Below are positions 49,775 through 63,809 of a stretch of DNA of 64,000 bases, in pieces. Below the pieces are notes generated by a model, which had not been told where the DNA came from, made no database searches, and was given only the letters and a program-made list of their open reading frames with translations. Made by a program: the position numbers and the translations under genes. Position 1 is the first letter of the stretch; every line of letters begins with the position of its first letter. This DNA comes from Callorhinchus milii. Its lineage: Eukaryota. The stretch is from positions 123,196,001 to 123,260,000 of the forward strand of contig NW_024704742.1 in NCBI RefSeq assembly GCF_018977255.1, in the 5' to 3' direction.

Positions 49775-51405
49775 ACAACAATTTATACAGTGCCTTTCAC
49801 ATTAGAAGGAAGTCTTAAAGCTGACTGGTAGCGTGGAAGGAGGGGAACTGCGGGTGGGGTGAAGGTGACTCAAAGCTTGATTGAAAAGAGTTCTTAAAGC
49901 GGGCTTTGAAGGTGGGGAAGACGGGGACAAGGCAGAGAGTGGGGACTGTGGGTGGAGTAGTCTGTGGCTTACTCAACCTGCACTAAACTCCATACCCCCA
50001 TTGCATCAGTTCTAGCCAGGCTCCACTGGCTCCCTATCACCTGAATCGAATTCAAGATCCAACAACAACAACACCAATGACGTATTTATATAGCGCTCTT
50101 CATAGCATCCCTGAGCGCTTAACAGTGGTTGAGTCTGACCCTGAGCCAAAGAGGGAGGTAACCATAAGCACGTTCAAAAAGGAAGGTCTTTAGTGAGGAT
50201 TTGAAAGTGGAGAGGGAGGGGGCAAGGTGGAAGGATTGAACGAGAGAGCTCCAGAGTTTCAGTGCGTAGTGGCTGAAGGCACAGCCACTGATGGTGGAGC
50301 GGATGGGACGAGGGACTAATAGCAGGCCGAAAGCTGAGTGGAGGCAGTGGGTGCTGGAATGGGGGATAAACAGGTGGGATAGGTAATCCGTTCGGTAATT
50401 GGAAGCCAGTGGAGCCTGGTGTGATGGGTATGGAGTTTTGTGTGGGTGAGTATCCGGATAGCAGAGTTTGGGATTCATTTAATTTTTTTGTATGGTGGTG
50501 CTGGGGAGATCAGCGAGGAGGGCATTGGAATAGTCCAGCTGGGAAGTAACAAAGGTGTGGACGAGGGTTTCGGCACCACAATGTGATCAGGTCCTATATC
50601 GGGTGCAAGGATTATTAATAAAGATAACTGTGTGTGATTGAAGAAATGATAGAGGATACATTAGATTTTGGAAATAATACAGTGAATCAATCATGTGGGT
50701 GTAAAGATATATTTGGTGCAGAACAAGAACAGGAAAAGCAGAGGATATAATTATTAGTCATAAGATAAAGAATCTTAACCTACATTTATCTTAAGGAACA
50801 ATGGTAAGGAACAATTATTACACTACAATAGAAAATTACATTTGTATAGCTCCTTTCACATGGGAGGATGTTCCAAGTCGCTGGGCAGTCAGTGATTTGG
50901 ATCCGAGCAGGGGCATTGGGATCAGAGATGGTGGTGGGCAGGATGGGTGGCCGAAGGCGTGGTTAAAGAAGAGGGTCTTGAGGCATGCCTTGAGAGAGGC
51001 GAGAGACGGAGCGACGCAAAGGCAATGTGGGATGGAGTTCCGAAGGGTGGGGGTAGAGAAGCTGAATGCCCGACTGCCGATGGTGGGGCGGGCCGGGCAG
51101 GTGACCTGAAGCAGGGTGGAGCCTGCTCCGCTGAGGGAGCAGACAGGTTGATATGGGGTTAGCAGGTCACAGAGGTAGGAAGGAGCAAGGCTGTGGAGGG
51201 CCTTGAAGGTAAGGATGAGGATTTTGAATTCTGTCTTCTGAGGGATGGGGAGTCAGTGGAGCTGGGCAAGAGTGGGGGTGATAGGGTCGCAGGTGCGGGA
51301 GAGGACACAAATTGCAGAGTTCAGGATGATCTGCAGCTTGTGGAGGGAAGAGGTGGGAAGGCCGACAAGCAAGGAGTTTTGACATGGTCAAGCCTGGATG
51401 TTGAT
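49775..51405 (-). mobile_element. Three L2 3' fragments in ANKRD55 intron (49775-49960, 50060-50580, 50830-51405)
   Basis: FKSSLKTFLFERAY, YALKLWSSL; tails of types 1 and 2. Confidence 0.8.
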
Positions 51406-53474
51406 ACATACAGAAAATCAAACATGAGTCTTCAGTGTTATAATATGTAGCTACATCATTGCAGCTACCAGTTTATTGGACTGTTGGCTGCAAAGTAAAC
51501 CGGGCTGGATCATAGCATCAACAGCCTCAAGGTATTACAGAGCCAATTCTGTTTGAAGAGACTCATCCTGTAAGATTACTGCAGTATCAATATCACCTGA
51601 TTAAGCTGTTGGGAATAACTGCTTCTTTTTCTATCTTCATGAAGGATCAATACCATATCCCTACCTTTTCCAAACGTCAGAAGAGAATTAGTTTGGAAGT
51701 GCTATTGTGAGATGATAAAATAATATTCCTTGGATCTGATATAGCATCTTACCGTGTTGTTGTAAAGTCTCAAAGCGCTTCACAGCAATTATACATCAGA
51801 AAGGTGTGATGCATACTTTAGGCACTGGAAAATCATTGAAAATAAACTTCAAAGCATAATTTTTGAACAAAAGATGCAGGAACTTGATATCTGTAATTAC
51901 TGTGTGTAAAGATCAGGCAACTCTTATTATTACAAATGCATGAAGACTGGGAAAGCTGTCTTCTGTCGAACATATGGGGTGTATGGAGAAAAGACCGGGT
52001 GGTGGTGGGATTGAAGCGATATTCTTACTCTGTAAATCGATACAGATTGATGGGCCGAATGGCGTCCTTCTGTCCTGTAGGTTTCTGCGTTCAGAGGCAT
52101 AGTGTTGATTTCCGTGAAATGCAGCTTTTGTCAAGAGAATTTGTGATAAGTGAGTCATGAGGTTTGGAAATAATGGTAGTTTTAATGCATTTTGTTTAGT
52201 TAAAATCACTGATCTGTATCAATCTAGAACTGAATGGTAGTCATCGCAAAAGAATGAATAGCCACTTTGCATCAGTACCTTAATATGTGCAAAACATTAC
52301 CAATGCTGTCTATTATCACCCACTGAGAACCATTCTTTTATAAGTATCAGCACAGTGCATAAATGAAAGTGGCTGTTTATTACCTTCCTTTTACAGATTG
52401 TTTGCGATCCTATTTATAGATCATAAGTAGTGATTTCAATTCAGGTTGTTTGATTTCTATTTGTTGTTTATGACGAAAGGGTAATGGAACCTAAAATTTG
52501 CATAATTGTACTGGTTGAACTCAAATATGAATCCATAAACTGCCATTTGTTAACAAGTTGTTTTTTCCAATGTAGTTGAACCTTTAAAGGAAAAATGTCT
52601 CCTGCAGAAAATGACTGACAGAAAGATGCACGCATATCTTGGTATATATATATATATGTTAACATTTGGTTAAATACTTACGTTTTAATGAGCCTTCTCA
52701 GCTGCAGAATTGTTTGCATGAATTCCTCAGGGTTATTAGATGATAAGATAGATGTTTAAAAAGAATCTTTAGGGAAGTTGGATATGTAGCTGGATGGAAC
52801 ATAAGTCTAATCCTGCCTGAAACTGTTAATGTATTCCTCTTCCTGGCCAAGAATTAGACTGTCATTGCCTGGCTAGCTTTCCCACTGCTTGTCCAGCTAA
52901 GACCACCCAACCAGTTAGCGATTTGTCTTGCACGGTCAACAGGAGCTGAGCGGGAAGAGTCCCTACCCCCAGTAACTGGTCTGACCTTCCAAGTCCTGCC
53001 GATGAGCCAGGCTGGCTGGGTTATCATCAGCAGTATCCTGGTGTAGTGGATCTGCCACCTAAGAATGACCAAAACTTGTTTATGATTTGGTGTAAAACCA
53101 CCCATATTACTGTATTCCCATAACAGTATTGTGCTGTTTTAAAAATTAACTCTTTATCTTGGCCTCCACCATCTTTCCTAACCACGTGCTTTAGAGGTTG
53201 CGATTCTGGAAGATGGGAGAGGGAACTTTTTGTTATTTGTAGTTTGAGAAGCAACCAAAATTGGATAGGTATGGCAGTAAATGAATGAAATGTCCTTTGA
53301 ACCAGGCCATTTAAACCAGCGAATTTCTGGAGTGAATCTAATCCAGTGCTGATGTTTTTGTCTTTTGTCTGCTCTGTCACTATCTGGTTGTTTGAAGTAT
53401 AAATGTTATAAAGTATAAAGTATAAATGAAGCACATGGGAGTTTTTTCACTAATTGCTTCTTTACTTGTCATTC

Positions 53475-54146
<672 letters not shown>

Positions 54147-54151
54147 TGATT

Positions 54152-54298
54152 TGTGTGTGTGTGTGTGTGGTGGTGGTGTTGTGTGTGTGTGGTGGTGGTG
54201 TTGTGTGCGTGTGTGGTGTGTGTGTGTGCGTGGTGGTGGAGGTGTGGTGTGTGTGTGTGCGTGGTGGTGGGGGTGTGGTGTGTGTGTGGTGTGTGTGT
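54152..54298. repeat. Compound (GT)n/(GGT)n microsatellite
   Basis: Read directly. Confidence 0.97.
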
Positions 54299-54879
54299 AT
54301 TATGAAGTCCGATTGGAGGTTGGAATCACATGAAACATTACAAAAGGGTCCGTTCATCAACCAAAAAGAAAACCCTTGTTGTGCCCCATAATCTCTTTAT
54401 GTGGTGGACCTCACACTGCTCATGTGCAGGAAGCGCTGTTGATGTCATTTCGTGAAGAAGTATTACAGGGTAATCAAAAAGTCGTGATAACTACCCTATT
54501 ATCTAAAAATATATAGCATCATTTCTTTAAGACTTATTAGACATTGTAAGGGTATCACGGCTTTTTGGCCACCCTGTATTATTTCATGAAAAGAAACTGT
54601 TTGTGACATTCCCATTCATTTAATAGCCTCATTTATATTTGCGGTTTTCGCCTACAAAATATACAGTCAATCCACTTCACTGTATTATGCTGCACTTCCT
54701 ACAGTAACAAATGCACTTTTAGAAAATGCTCCTCAAAACCTGTCTGAAGCAACAGCAATAAACATGAACTTCTCCCTAGCCAGAAGCCTGAAACGCAGTG
54801 ATTTGAGGAAATAGTCTGCATCAATGGATACAATGATGATTATAGACAATAAGATTTTATCATAATGTAATGAGGCTAA

Positions 54880-55086
<207 letters not shown>

Positions 55087-55693
55087 TGATTTTCTATGAG
55101 TTTTTCTATCAATAATAGCTTAAGGAGCAATTGCAAAGTTTCTCGTAGACTGTAGAAATTAAACTGCTTTGCAAAATAGTATTGACTGTCCACCCAGGTC
55201 ATGATGACTAAGCTGTAGAGTAGAAATTCCACTTGGATCAAGATTTTCTCTATTTATGCAGCATTTCAGTGCATCCAGAATTTGGCAAATTCACTCTTAA
55301 TTTTTAAGTCACTTTTCTGTAAGTTCTTTAAAAGAAACTTACCAACACTCGGCTTCAAAATTAAGGCCTTGTTTAATAATTTGCTAAATTCGGCACATTC
55401 TGAAATGCTCAGGAAAGGTAACGACTGTATTGAATGGAGAATAACAGGAATGTGACTAGATTTTGTTTTTAAAAAAATCCAGTTTGTAACATCAAACCAT
55501 TCTATATGATACGTACAACATTACAGGACAGAAACAAACCATTCAGCCCAACTAGTTAGTACCATTGTTTATAGTCCACATGAGCCTCCACCCCTCCTGC
55601 TATGGTGTTGGGGAAACCCAACACAGGTATTTGTTCAAATAAAAATCTCCCAAGTTCTTAATGATGAAAGCAAGTGTACTGAGTGAACACTGA

Positions 55694-55834
<141 letters not shown>

Positions 55835-57039
55835 TAAGGGCACAGTTTTTATCTAAAACAAGAGCGATTTTCCAACCATTGGTACACTTTCCAAACTTGT
55901 TAAGTGAGGAGCACATTACACTGTCCCCTGTTTGCTAGTAAACTTCTCAACCATAGCAGTGTGAGTTTATAAAGTGTAATTTAACAGGCGGATTCTTAGT
56001 CTGTGCTGGTCAGTAAATTTTCCAACCTTGGCCACATGAGTGTAGGCGAAGATTAGAGTCGATAGATTAGGGAAGACTATTTACAATGTGATAATGAACT
56101 CACCACAGGATGTAAACTAACAAAAGCTCTTGGGAAACTTTTTTTTAAAATTGCGTGAAACTAATAGTCTCTGGAAAACAGTCTTGCAAAGTGCTGCCAC
56201 CTGGTCCAGCTAGGAACAGCTGTTCTTTTCTAATCCATTTTCTTTAATTAAATGCCTTCCCCCAAGAACCTCTGATCATTGTCATGTCATAGCTATACCA
56301 TCAAAATAATGCACTTTCTTGTAAATCATTAGAAATGATTGACAGCAAGACATATTTAGGACCAAAGTTCAGATGTAAGGGCTTGTGTCCTTCTCAGGGA
56401 CACATTTCACATATGGGCCGAATAAAGAGATGCTTTATACATTTGTTGCAGTGGATCATCTGCTTTAGATATAATTTATGTGCTATGGGACTAAGGGTGG
56501 GGAGAAGAGGATACAAAAAGGCAAGGTTAGTAGAGTGGAGATGTCAGAAAATAGCTTTTCTGATCACCTTTGGGAATCGATGAGTATTTATGTAAAACCT
56601 TGCCCAAGTAGATCAACTGTATGGGAGAATTCTATGTTACGATAGGTTTATATGATCAGTGCAAGAAATGGGCTTGATAAAATGAGGATTACTATTGCAA
56701 CAACATAACATCAGTAAAACTAACCTGTTTCATGACAGTCATTTCTCATTCTATTCTTTCTTACAATCTTGTGGATTTCATTTTTATTTCAACTAAATGT
56801 TATTTCTAAATAACATTTTATTTTCAAATTTAATTAAGTTGCAATTAATCCCTTTTTAAATACAAATGAAAAAAATTTAAAGGAAAGAAGCGGTAATATG
56901 TGGAGCTTAAATTGTTCTTTTGCAGAATGTATTTTTTTGTATTACAGTTGAACCTCAAACTTCTACTAATTTCAATTATCCAGGATGGGCCAGGGTTTCT
57001 ACGTGAGAGCATTATTATCTTTGTATTCTGTAAAGAAAA

Positions 57040-57301
57040 CTAATAATAACCTTAAATTTAGTAAACCACCTCATGTTGGGAGGACATCCCAAAGCATTTC
57101 ACAGGATATACTGTAAAGTGCAGTGACTGTATGCTTTATGGGCATCCATACAAATAGATGCAGCAGCCAATTTATACACAGCAATGTTACACAAACAGCT
57201 ACGAATGACCAGTTTATTCAGGGGATTGTTGACCATTGGGATCTTTAGTGTAGCTGTAAACACAGATGGGGCCTCAGTTTAATATCTCATCCGAAGGATG
57301 G
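57040..57301 (-). mobile_element. Family B SINE truncated at the palindrome
   Basis: Follows the family B pattern up to atctcatccgaaggatgg (compare 33160-33187 and 58520-58547), then breaks. Confidence 0.8.
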
Positions 57302-57462
57302 ATACATTCATCTTCTGTTAGACATTATTCTGCAAGCATTATTAAAATTTAAAAGAACACTTGGAATGCAAGAAGCATTAGCTTCTTGCATTCCAAGTGT
57401 TCTTTTAAATTTTAATAATGCTTGCAGAATAATGTCTAACAGAAGATGAATGTATCCATCCT
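57295..57462. repeat. Perfect inverted repeat, 82-bp arms, 4-nt loop ATTA
   Basis: 57295-57376 is the exact reverse complement of 57381-57462, checked base by base. Confidence 0.98.
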
Positions 57463-58269
57463 ATAAGATGAATGTATCCATGTATCCATCCTATAAACTC
57501 ATCAGTAGTGATAGGAGATCTTAGTAATTGAATAATTTATAGAAACAGTGGTTGCTACTATTATCACATATGTCTACATTAAATTCTTCGAAGATTAGCA
57601 GGACTTTTTTGCTGTCTGAATTTGCGATAAATAGACAAAGCCAGCAAATGAACATCTCATTGGCAATACTCAGGGGGAGACATATTTATTAAACAGAAGT
57701 GGTTTTGCCAATGTTGTCAGTCATGAGTAAAATACTCATACAAGCTCACGCTGTCCTCTAAGGATTTTGCACAGTATCCATAGATACAACATGCTTTGCA
57801 AAAAGCAAGAGCAAGATAAATGCTGTGAATAAATCCAGCCTTCAAATTAGTCCTGAGGGAATAATCAGGTGTCAAACCTTTTTAATCTAAAGAGTAAATT
57901 CGTGACTGGGCAACATGCCAAAAAATGCTGAGCACCACAATTACTTCCACTAAACTGCTGGCTGGATATTATTTACTGTTTCATTATATTTCTTCAGAGA
58001 TGTTATTGGAAAAATCATAAAAACAAAACAATTCAACATGTTGAAATATATCAGTTCTATAATTGCAGATTATAGGGCAGCAGCGATGAGGAGCACTCCA
58101 AGTGCTGCGAATTCAGCTTTTAATGCTTGGTTTAGGTTTTGGCAGTGAGTATTGCCCTTCATACCACCGCACCTTTCATCTTCCTGATTGACACATTCTG
58201 AACTGGTTCTGCTCTGCACATGTACATCAACCTGATGTTTTCAGGTTTAATACACAATGAAAACACGCT

Positions 58270-59570
58270 ATGCATGCAAAGTGTAGTCTTTGCATGAACA
58301 CCATGTCTTCATTGTGGATTTACCGTGAAGTGATTTATTTGTAGGTGAAAACGGCTGCCCATTTGCACACAACAATGTCCCATGAACAGCTATGAATTGA
58401 ATTACCAATTTTAATTGGAGGATTGTTGGCCAGGATCCTGGGAGATACTCCCTTCTGTTACCGAGCAGTGCCATGGAATCTATAATGTCCACCTGAACAG
58501 GCAGATGAGAGCTATAAGTTTAACATCTCCAAAGGATGGCACCTCCAACAATGCAGCACACCCCAGGCACTGCATGGAGTATCAGCCTAAACTATGTGAG
58601 CTCAGCTACCAACTTGGGGCTTGAACCCACAATCTTCTGCCTCAGAGGCAAGAGTGCTACTGACCCAGCTGATATCTTTCAAGTCAGGAGGACATCTCAA
58701 AATGCTTCACAGAATGTATAGTGAACTGTAGTTACTGTGTATTTTGTACGTAAACGCGGTAGCCCATTTGTGAAATTTAATAATAATAATAATCTTTGCA
58801 TTTGATATAGCACTTTTCACGTCGGGAGGACATCCCAAAGCGCTTCATAGAACACACTGTATAGTGAATTGACTGTATATTTGTGGGCGAACGCGGCAGC
58901 CAATTGCGCACAGCAATGTCCCACAAACAGTCGTAGATTGAAAATGACCAATTTATTATTGTTTATGGTTTTGGAAGGATTATTATTAGGCGTGTGGAGT
59001 AAGGAAACTTACCCAAGGTTTCGCCCTGCCTGGAATTGAACTCAGGTCTCTCGCTTGCAAAGCGAGTGCTCTAACCACTGAGCTACAGGACTTTGTGCAC
59101 AGATAAAGGAAAATCCAAGACACTCAACTCTTTACACTGTGGTTTTGCTGTCATGGGCAAATCATAATGAAAATGTGCAATTCACAGTACCTTGATTCAT
59201 CTATTGCTGTAATAATAATCCTTGCATAGAGCACCTTATCACGTCTTTGATACATTTCAAAGCACTTCACTTAATATACTGTAAAGTGAATTGACAGTAC
59301 ATTTTGTGGGCAAAATGTGACAGCCAATTGCGCACAGCAATGTCCCACAACAATGACCTCAATTTTAAATGTAAAAAATTTTTTTAGAGGGATTATTATC
59401 CCCGGAAAAGCGATCCGAAAAGCGACTAACAACTGCGTTCCTACTTACTGCTAGGTGAACAGAGGCGTGTGGAGTAAGGAAACTTGCCTAACATTTCGCC
59501 CTGCTGGGAATCAAACTAGATCTCCAGCATGCAAAGCAAGTGCTCTAACCAGTGAGCTGCAGGACACTAA
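58270..59570 (-). mobile_element. Nested SINE cluster: family B (58270-58670), old tail (58680-58772), young family A (58780-59092), long family A (59210-59567)
   Basis: All on the minus strand; the young copy is flanked by TTTGTG on both sides within the older SINE. Confidence 0.9.
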
Positions 59571-59949
59571 GCCAGATCTGAAATTGGTCATCCCTGATGT
59601 ATCACGGTAGCTGAACAATCAGCAGCAGAATGCACAGTGTCATCAGAATGCTTGGTATCATCACTCATGTAATGTGAGCATTTTGATCATGTCAGGCAAC
59701 CTTCAGGTGCCATTTACAACCTATTTCAACCAGCCATGCCTATTTAATTTGATTTTATCAGTCATGGCAGGCCCGTCGCTTTCTAATGTGGTGAAAGGAA
59801 AGAGATTAAATAATCCATTAGTCTCTCTTGCAGCTAAATAAAGAGGAATAAAGAGGCAGCACTTCTTTTACATCAGCTAAATATGAACTGCATGTAAGTA
59901 CTGTATCTCCTTCAAATGTTTTATAAAACCTGTCTTTGATTTACTCCAG

Positions 59950-60010
59950 AGTGTTGGCTGTACTGTTGCAACAATCAGTTATCAGCGAGATAAATCACCA
60001 GGACAACGAG
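59950..60010 (+). CDS. ANKRD55: ANKRD55 coding exon 5 ([21 protein letters not shown]); gene continues beyond the window
   Basis: 61 nt, phase 2-0, acceptor actccag, donor gtgagt; matches recalled human [21 protein letters not shown]. Confidence 0.97.
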
Positions 60011-60084
60011 GTGAGTGAAAAGCTGTTATTGCTATTATCAAAGTGGTACATTGTCGGATTTAACCCTTTGAGAACTCTCTTTCT

Positions 60085-61085
60085 GCAACAACAACAAACA
60101 AAAAATTACATTTGTACAGTGCCTTTCACTTCGGGAGAATGTCCCAAGGTGTTAGATAATAATCCTTGCATTTGATATAGGGCCTTATCACATCACCGAG
60201 ATGTCTCAAAGCGCTTCACAGAATATACTATAAAGTGAATTGACTGTATATTTTGTGGGAGAAACGCACTGCCAATTGTGACAGCAGTGTCTCACAAACA
60301 GTCGTGGATTCAGTGACCAAATATTCTGGTGCACCAGAATAAATAAACAAGATTATATATTTTTAGTTTATTTTCAAGAGTGCAAGTTAAGTGGTGTCAA
60401 AGCGCTTTGAGATGGCACCCCGAATTAAGGGCACTGTATAAAAGTTGTTGTTATAATATGGTTTCAAATTCTGGTTTAAACATAGGAACACAGAAGATTC
60501 AGCACAGAAGGAGTACCGTTCGGCTCATTGAGGCCTTGTACCTAATCTATGTATTTTGGGCAGATCAAGTGAAGGAAATAAATATTAAACAAAAAAACTT
60601 TGTGTTTACAAGATAAAAAAATTAGAATAATGATTCTTGCATTTGATATAGTGCCTTATCGCGTCTTTGAGACATCTCAAAACGCTTCACAGAATATACT
60701 GTAAAATTAATTGACTGCTCTGTAGCGTTATAGCAGATTATAGGCTAAACAGATGCTCCTTGAAATTTATTGTCAAGGACATGTGCAAACAGAGTATTGT
60801 AGGAAACTGTCTATACAAAGCAGATCTTTCAGTGTATTTGGGGATATTTTCTGTAAAGTTAATATTAGAGCTACAAAATATTACCCCACATGAAGGACAC
60901 TAAATAATAATAATAATCCTTGCTTTTGATATAGCACCTTAGCACATCTTTGAGACGTTTCAAAGCGCTTCACAGAATATACTGCTTAGAGAATTGACTG
61001 TATATTTTGTGGGTGAAACACAGCAGCCAATTGTGCACAACAGTGTCCCACAAACAGTCATAGATTGAAGTGAGCAATTTTATTA
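60085..61085 (-). mobile_element. Several 5'-truncated SINE/L2 tails (60085-60150, 60155-60320, 60625-60717, 60903-61085)
   Basis: Repeated aataatccttgcatttgatatagNgccttatc...tctcaaagcgcttcacagaatatact motif. Confidence 0.85.
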
Positions 61086-61566
61086 TTATTTTATTATTAT
61101 TATAAAAAATCACATTGCTTCAAATTTTTTTAAAAAAACAAGATTGCAGTTGGCTCTTTTCTTGCCCGCTTTACATACTGCTCAGAAGAGTATTAATCTG
61201 CACTGCCATTCAAAGTGGCAATACTATTTGGTTGTAATGTTCTGTTTGTATAAATGAATAATTCAGATAACTGATTGCATTATTTACCTGTCACAGAGTG
61301 CATGTCACAGGTCCAGAATAATAGCGACACTTATTGTATACCTATTAGAAACCCTCGAGTTTCTGACAGATGTTGTGAAATGCTTCCATTGAACTCTGTC
61401 CCAATCCACCTAATAAGTCCATCCCTACATCCTATCTGACTCCATAGGTTGGCATTTCATGACAAACAGAACCAGAGATCAGCAACTTGTGAAATGTGCA
61501 GCTGAAAATTCTCATCATAGTATAAATCTTCCTGCAGGGGTCAGCATAGAGCCGTCATTCAATATC

Positions 61567-61890
61567 TAATAATAATAATAATAATCCTTGCATTTGATAT
61601 AGCTCTTTTTACGTCGGGAGGACGTCCCAAAGCACTTCACAGAACACACTGTAAAGTGAATTGACTGTATATTTGTGGGCGAACGCGGCAGCCAATTGCG
61701 CACAGCAATGTCCCACAAACAGTCGTAGATTGAAAATGACCAATTTATTATTGTTTTTGGTTTTTTTGGAGGGATTATTATTAGGCGTGTGGAGTAAGGA
61801 AACTTGCCCAAGGTTTCGCCCTGCCTGGAATTGAACTCAGGTCTCTCACTTGCAAAGCAAGTGCTCTAACCACTGAGCTACAGGACTCCA
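61567..61890 (-). mobile_element. Full-length young family A short-form SINE
   Basis: Near-identical to 58780-59092; ATCTA on both flanks. Confidence 0.95.
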
Positions 61891-61980
61891 CAATCTAGTT
61901 ATAATAATAAAATAGCAAAACATTAATCCCTGCATCTGATATAGCGCCTTTCACATCAAGAGGATCTCTTAACGCGCTTG

Positions 61981-62359
61981 TGGAGACCTGTAGCATAGTG
62001 GTTAGAGCACTCGCCTCACAAGTGAGACCACCTGGGTTCGATTCCCAGGCAGGACATAACGTTGGGCAAGTTTCCTTACTCCACACGCCTGTTTACCCAG
62101 CAGTAAGTAGGAACCTGGTTGTTAGTCGATTGGCGAATCACTTTTCCGGGGGTAATAAACCCTTCAAAACAAAAACAAATTTAAAAAAATAATAATTTGG
62201 TCATTTAGTCACTTCAATCCACGACTGTTTGGGACACTGCTGCTGTGTTTCGGCCACAAAATATGCAGTCAATTCACTTTACAGCATATTCTGTGAAACT
62301 CTTTGAGACGTCTTGAAGATGTGATAAGGCGCTATATCAAATGCAAGGATTATTATTAT
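61981..62359 (+). mobile_element. Full-length family A long-form SINE
   Basis: Head with A box, arm CTCGC-CTCACAA-GTGAG and B box GGTTCGATTCC; central block; tail loop CTTGAAG. Confidence 0.93.
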
Positions 62360-63809
62360 CCACAGGATATATTTAAGGCACTCTGAGACGCTACCCTGCG
62401 TGGAGGGTGCTACATAAAGTGTGAGTTATCATTGTTATAAAGTCATTGTAAAGTGTAATGACTGTGTAATGACCCCCTGTCTGCGGATGATGTCACCAAG
62501 GGGGAGCATGTAAAGGTTGAAGAGGAAGGGACCAAGGACAGAGGACCACCACACAAGCCTGATACAAAGTTATTAGGTATTTAATTTGCAATGTGCATTC
62601 GAAAAGGGAGCGGAAAGAATTCATTTGTGCTCCTTGGATCCACCTGAGAAGATCGATTGGGTCAGTGATTTCCAAAAGCATCCAGAGAGTATAAAGTCCA
62701 GAGGATAAACCTGACAGCTGTGGGGAGATGGTGATTCTACCCACTGGAGGATCTGCCAAGCACCAGGAGCCTGTTTGGCACGAAATCCAGCTTCACAGAG
62801 GTTTAAACGTGATCGGATTGCCCCTCGGCATCTGAGCAAAGTTCCAGAGGTTTTGCCTGAGAAGCTGTGAACCTCTCTGATCCTGTGATCAGATGATTAG
62901 CCCGTGACCCTTTCTGCAAGGACAGGTTGGTGGGTATCTAAGGCAGTTTAGCTGATAAAGATGTTAATATTTGGATGGGGGGTTTATTGCATATTCAATT
63001 TCTGCAACTGCTTTAGTGAATATCGTAATTTGGACCCCATTTTGATACTACTTGTGTAGATCTGCTTTGTGATGGTGGCACATCTGAGAAGCACTCTAAG
63101 CCCTGTGTGCATCTCGTTGTGGTCACTGGCAAAAATATCCAGTGCGTTCTTTAGGAAATCGTGCATGGTCACAAAAATGGCTCCAATGAGATCTTGTGAT
63201 AGAGGTCCACGACTCTGTGTGACTCTGTTTACAGCTCAGACACCTTTCCCAGAAGCCACCCAGCAGTTATGCTGCTAGACCTGGACTTACCTAGACTAGT
63301 GCGAGTGTTTGGCGGGCGGGGGGATTCTTGATGGCTCCACAGACCAGAATCAGCACTGTTTAGCCAGCACTGATCTAGAGTCTAGACTGTAGACAGCTTC
63401 ACTGTTTACCATGCCCCCCTCCCGCCACCCACTCTCATTTTGGTGTCATCTGCAAATTTTGACACCACCATTCCTATACCTGAATCCAAATCAGTTGCTT
63501 TAGCTGAAATGCATGGATCCTTGCTGGCTATTCAGAGAAGAACCACATCAGTAAAATAGTCACTGTTTTAAAGTGTGTCTGGCTGTTGCAGAAAGCCTCC
63601 CACGATATCACTGGGGGTAGCACCCATACTACAATATAAATGTAGCATGAATAAATACTTTAATACTAAGTTCCTTATTGAACAGAATAAAGCAGTTGGA
63701 ATTTTCTAAGGGGTTGAATCATCTGCCAACATCTTGGCTCACCCATAAAGAATGCAAATTAATTAACAGTAATTCACTGAAGCAGAGAATGGCAGTACAG
63801 GTGTCTTAA

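Noticed and set aside
60155..61085. Recurring near-identical motif that could be mistaken for a CRISPR-like array
   Set aside because: Irregular spacing and variable 5' truncation identify independent SINE tails in a eukaryotic genome.
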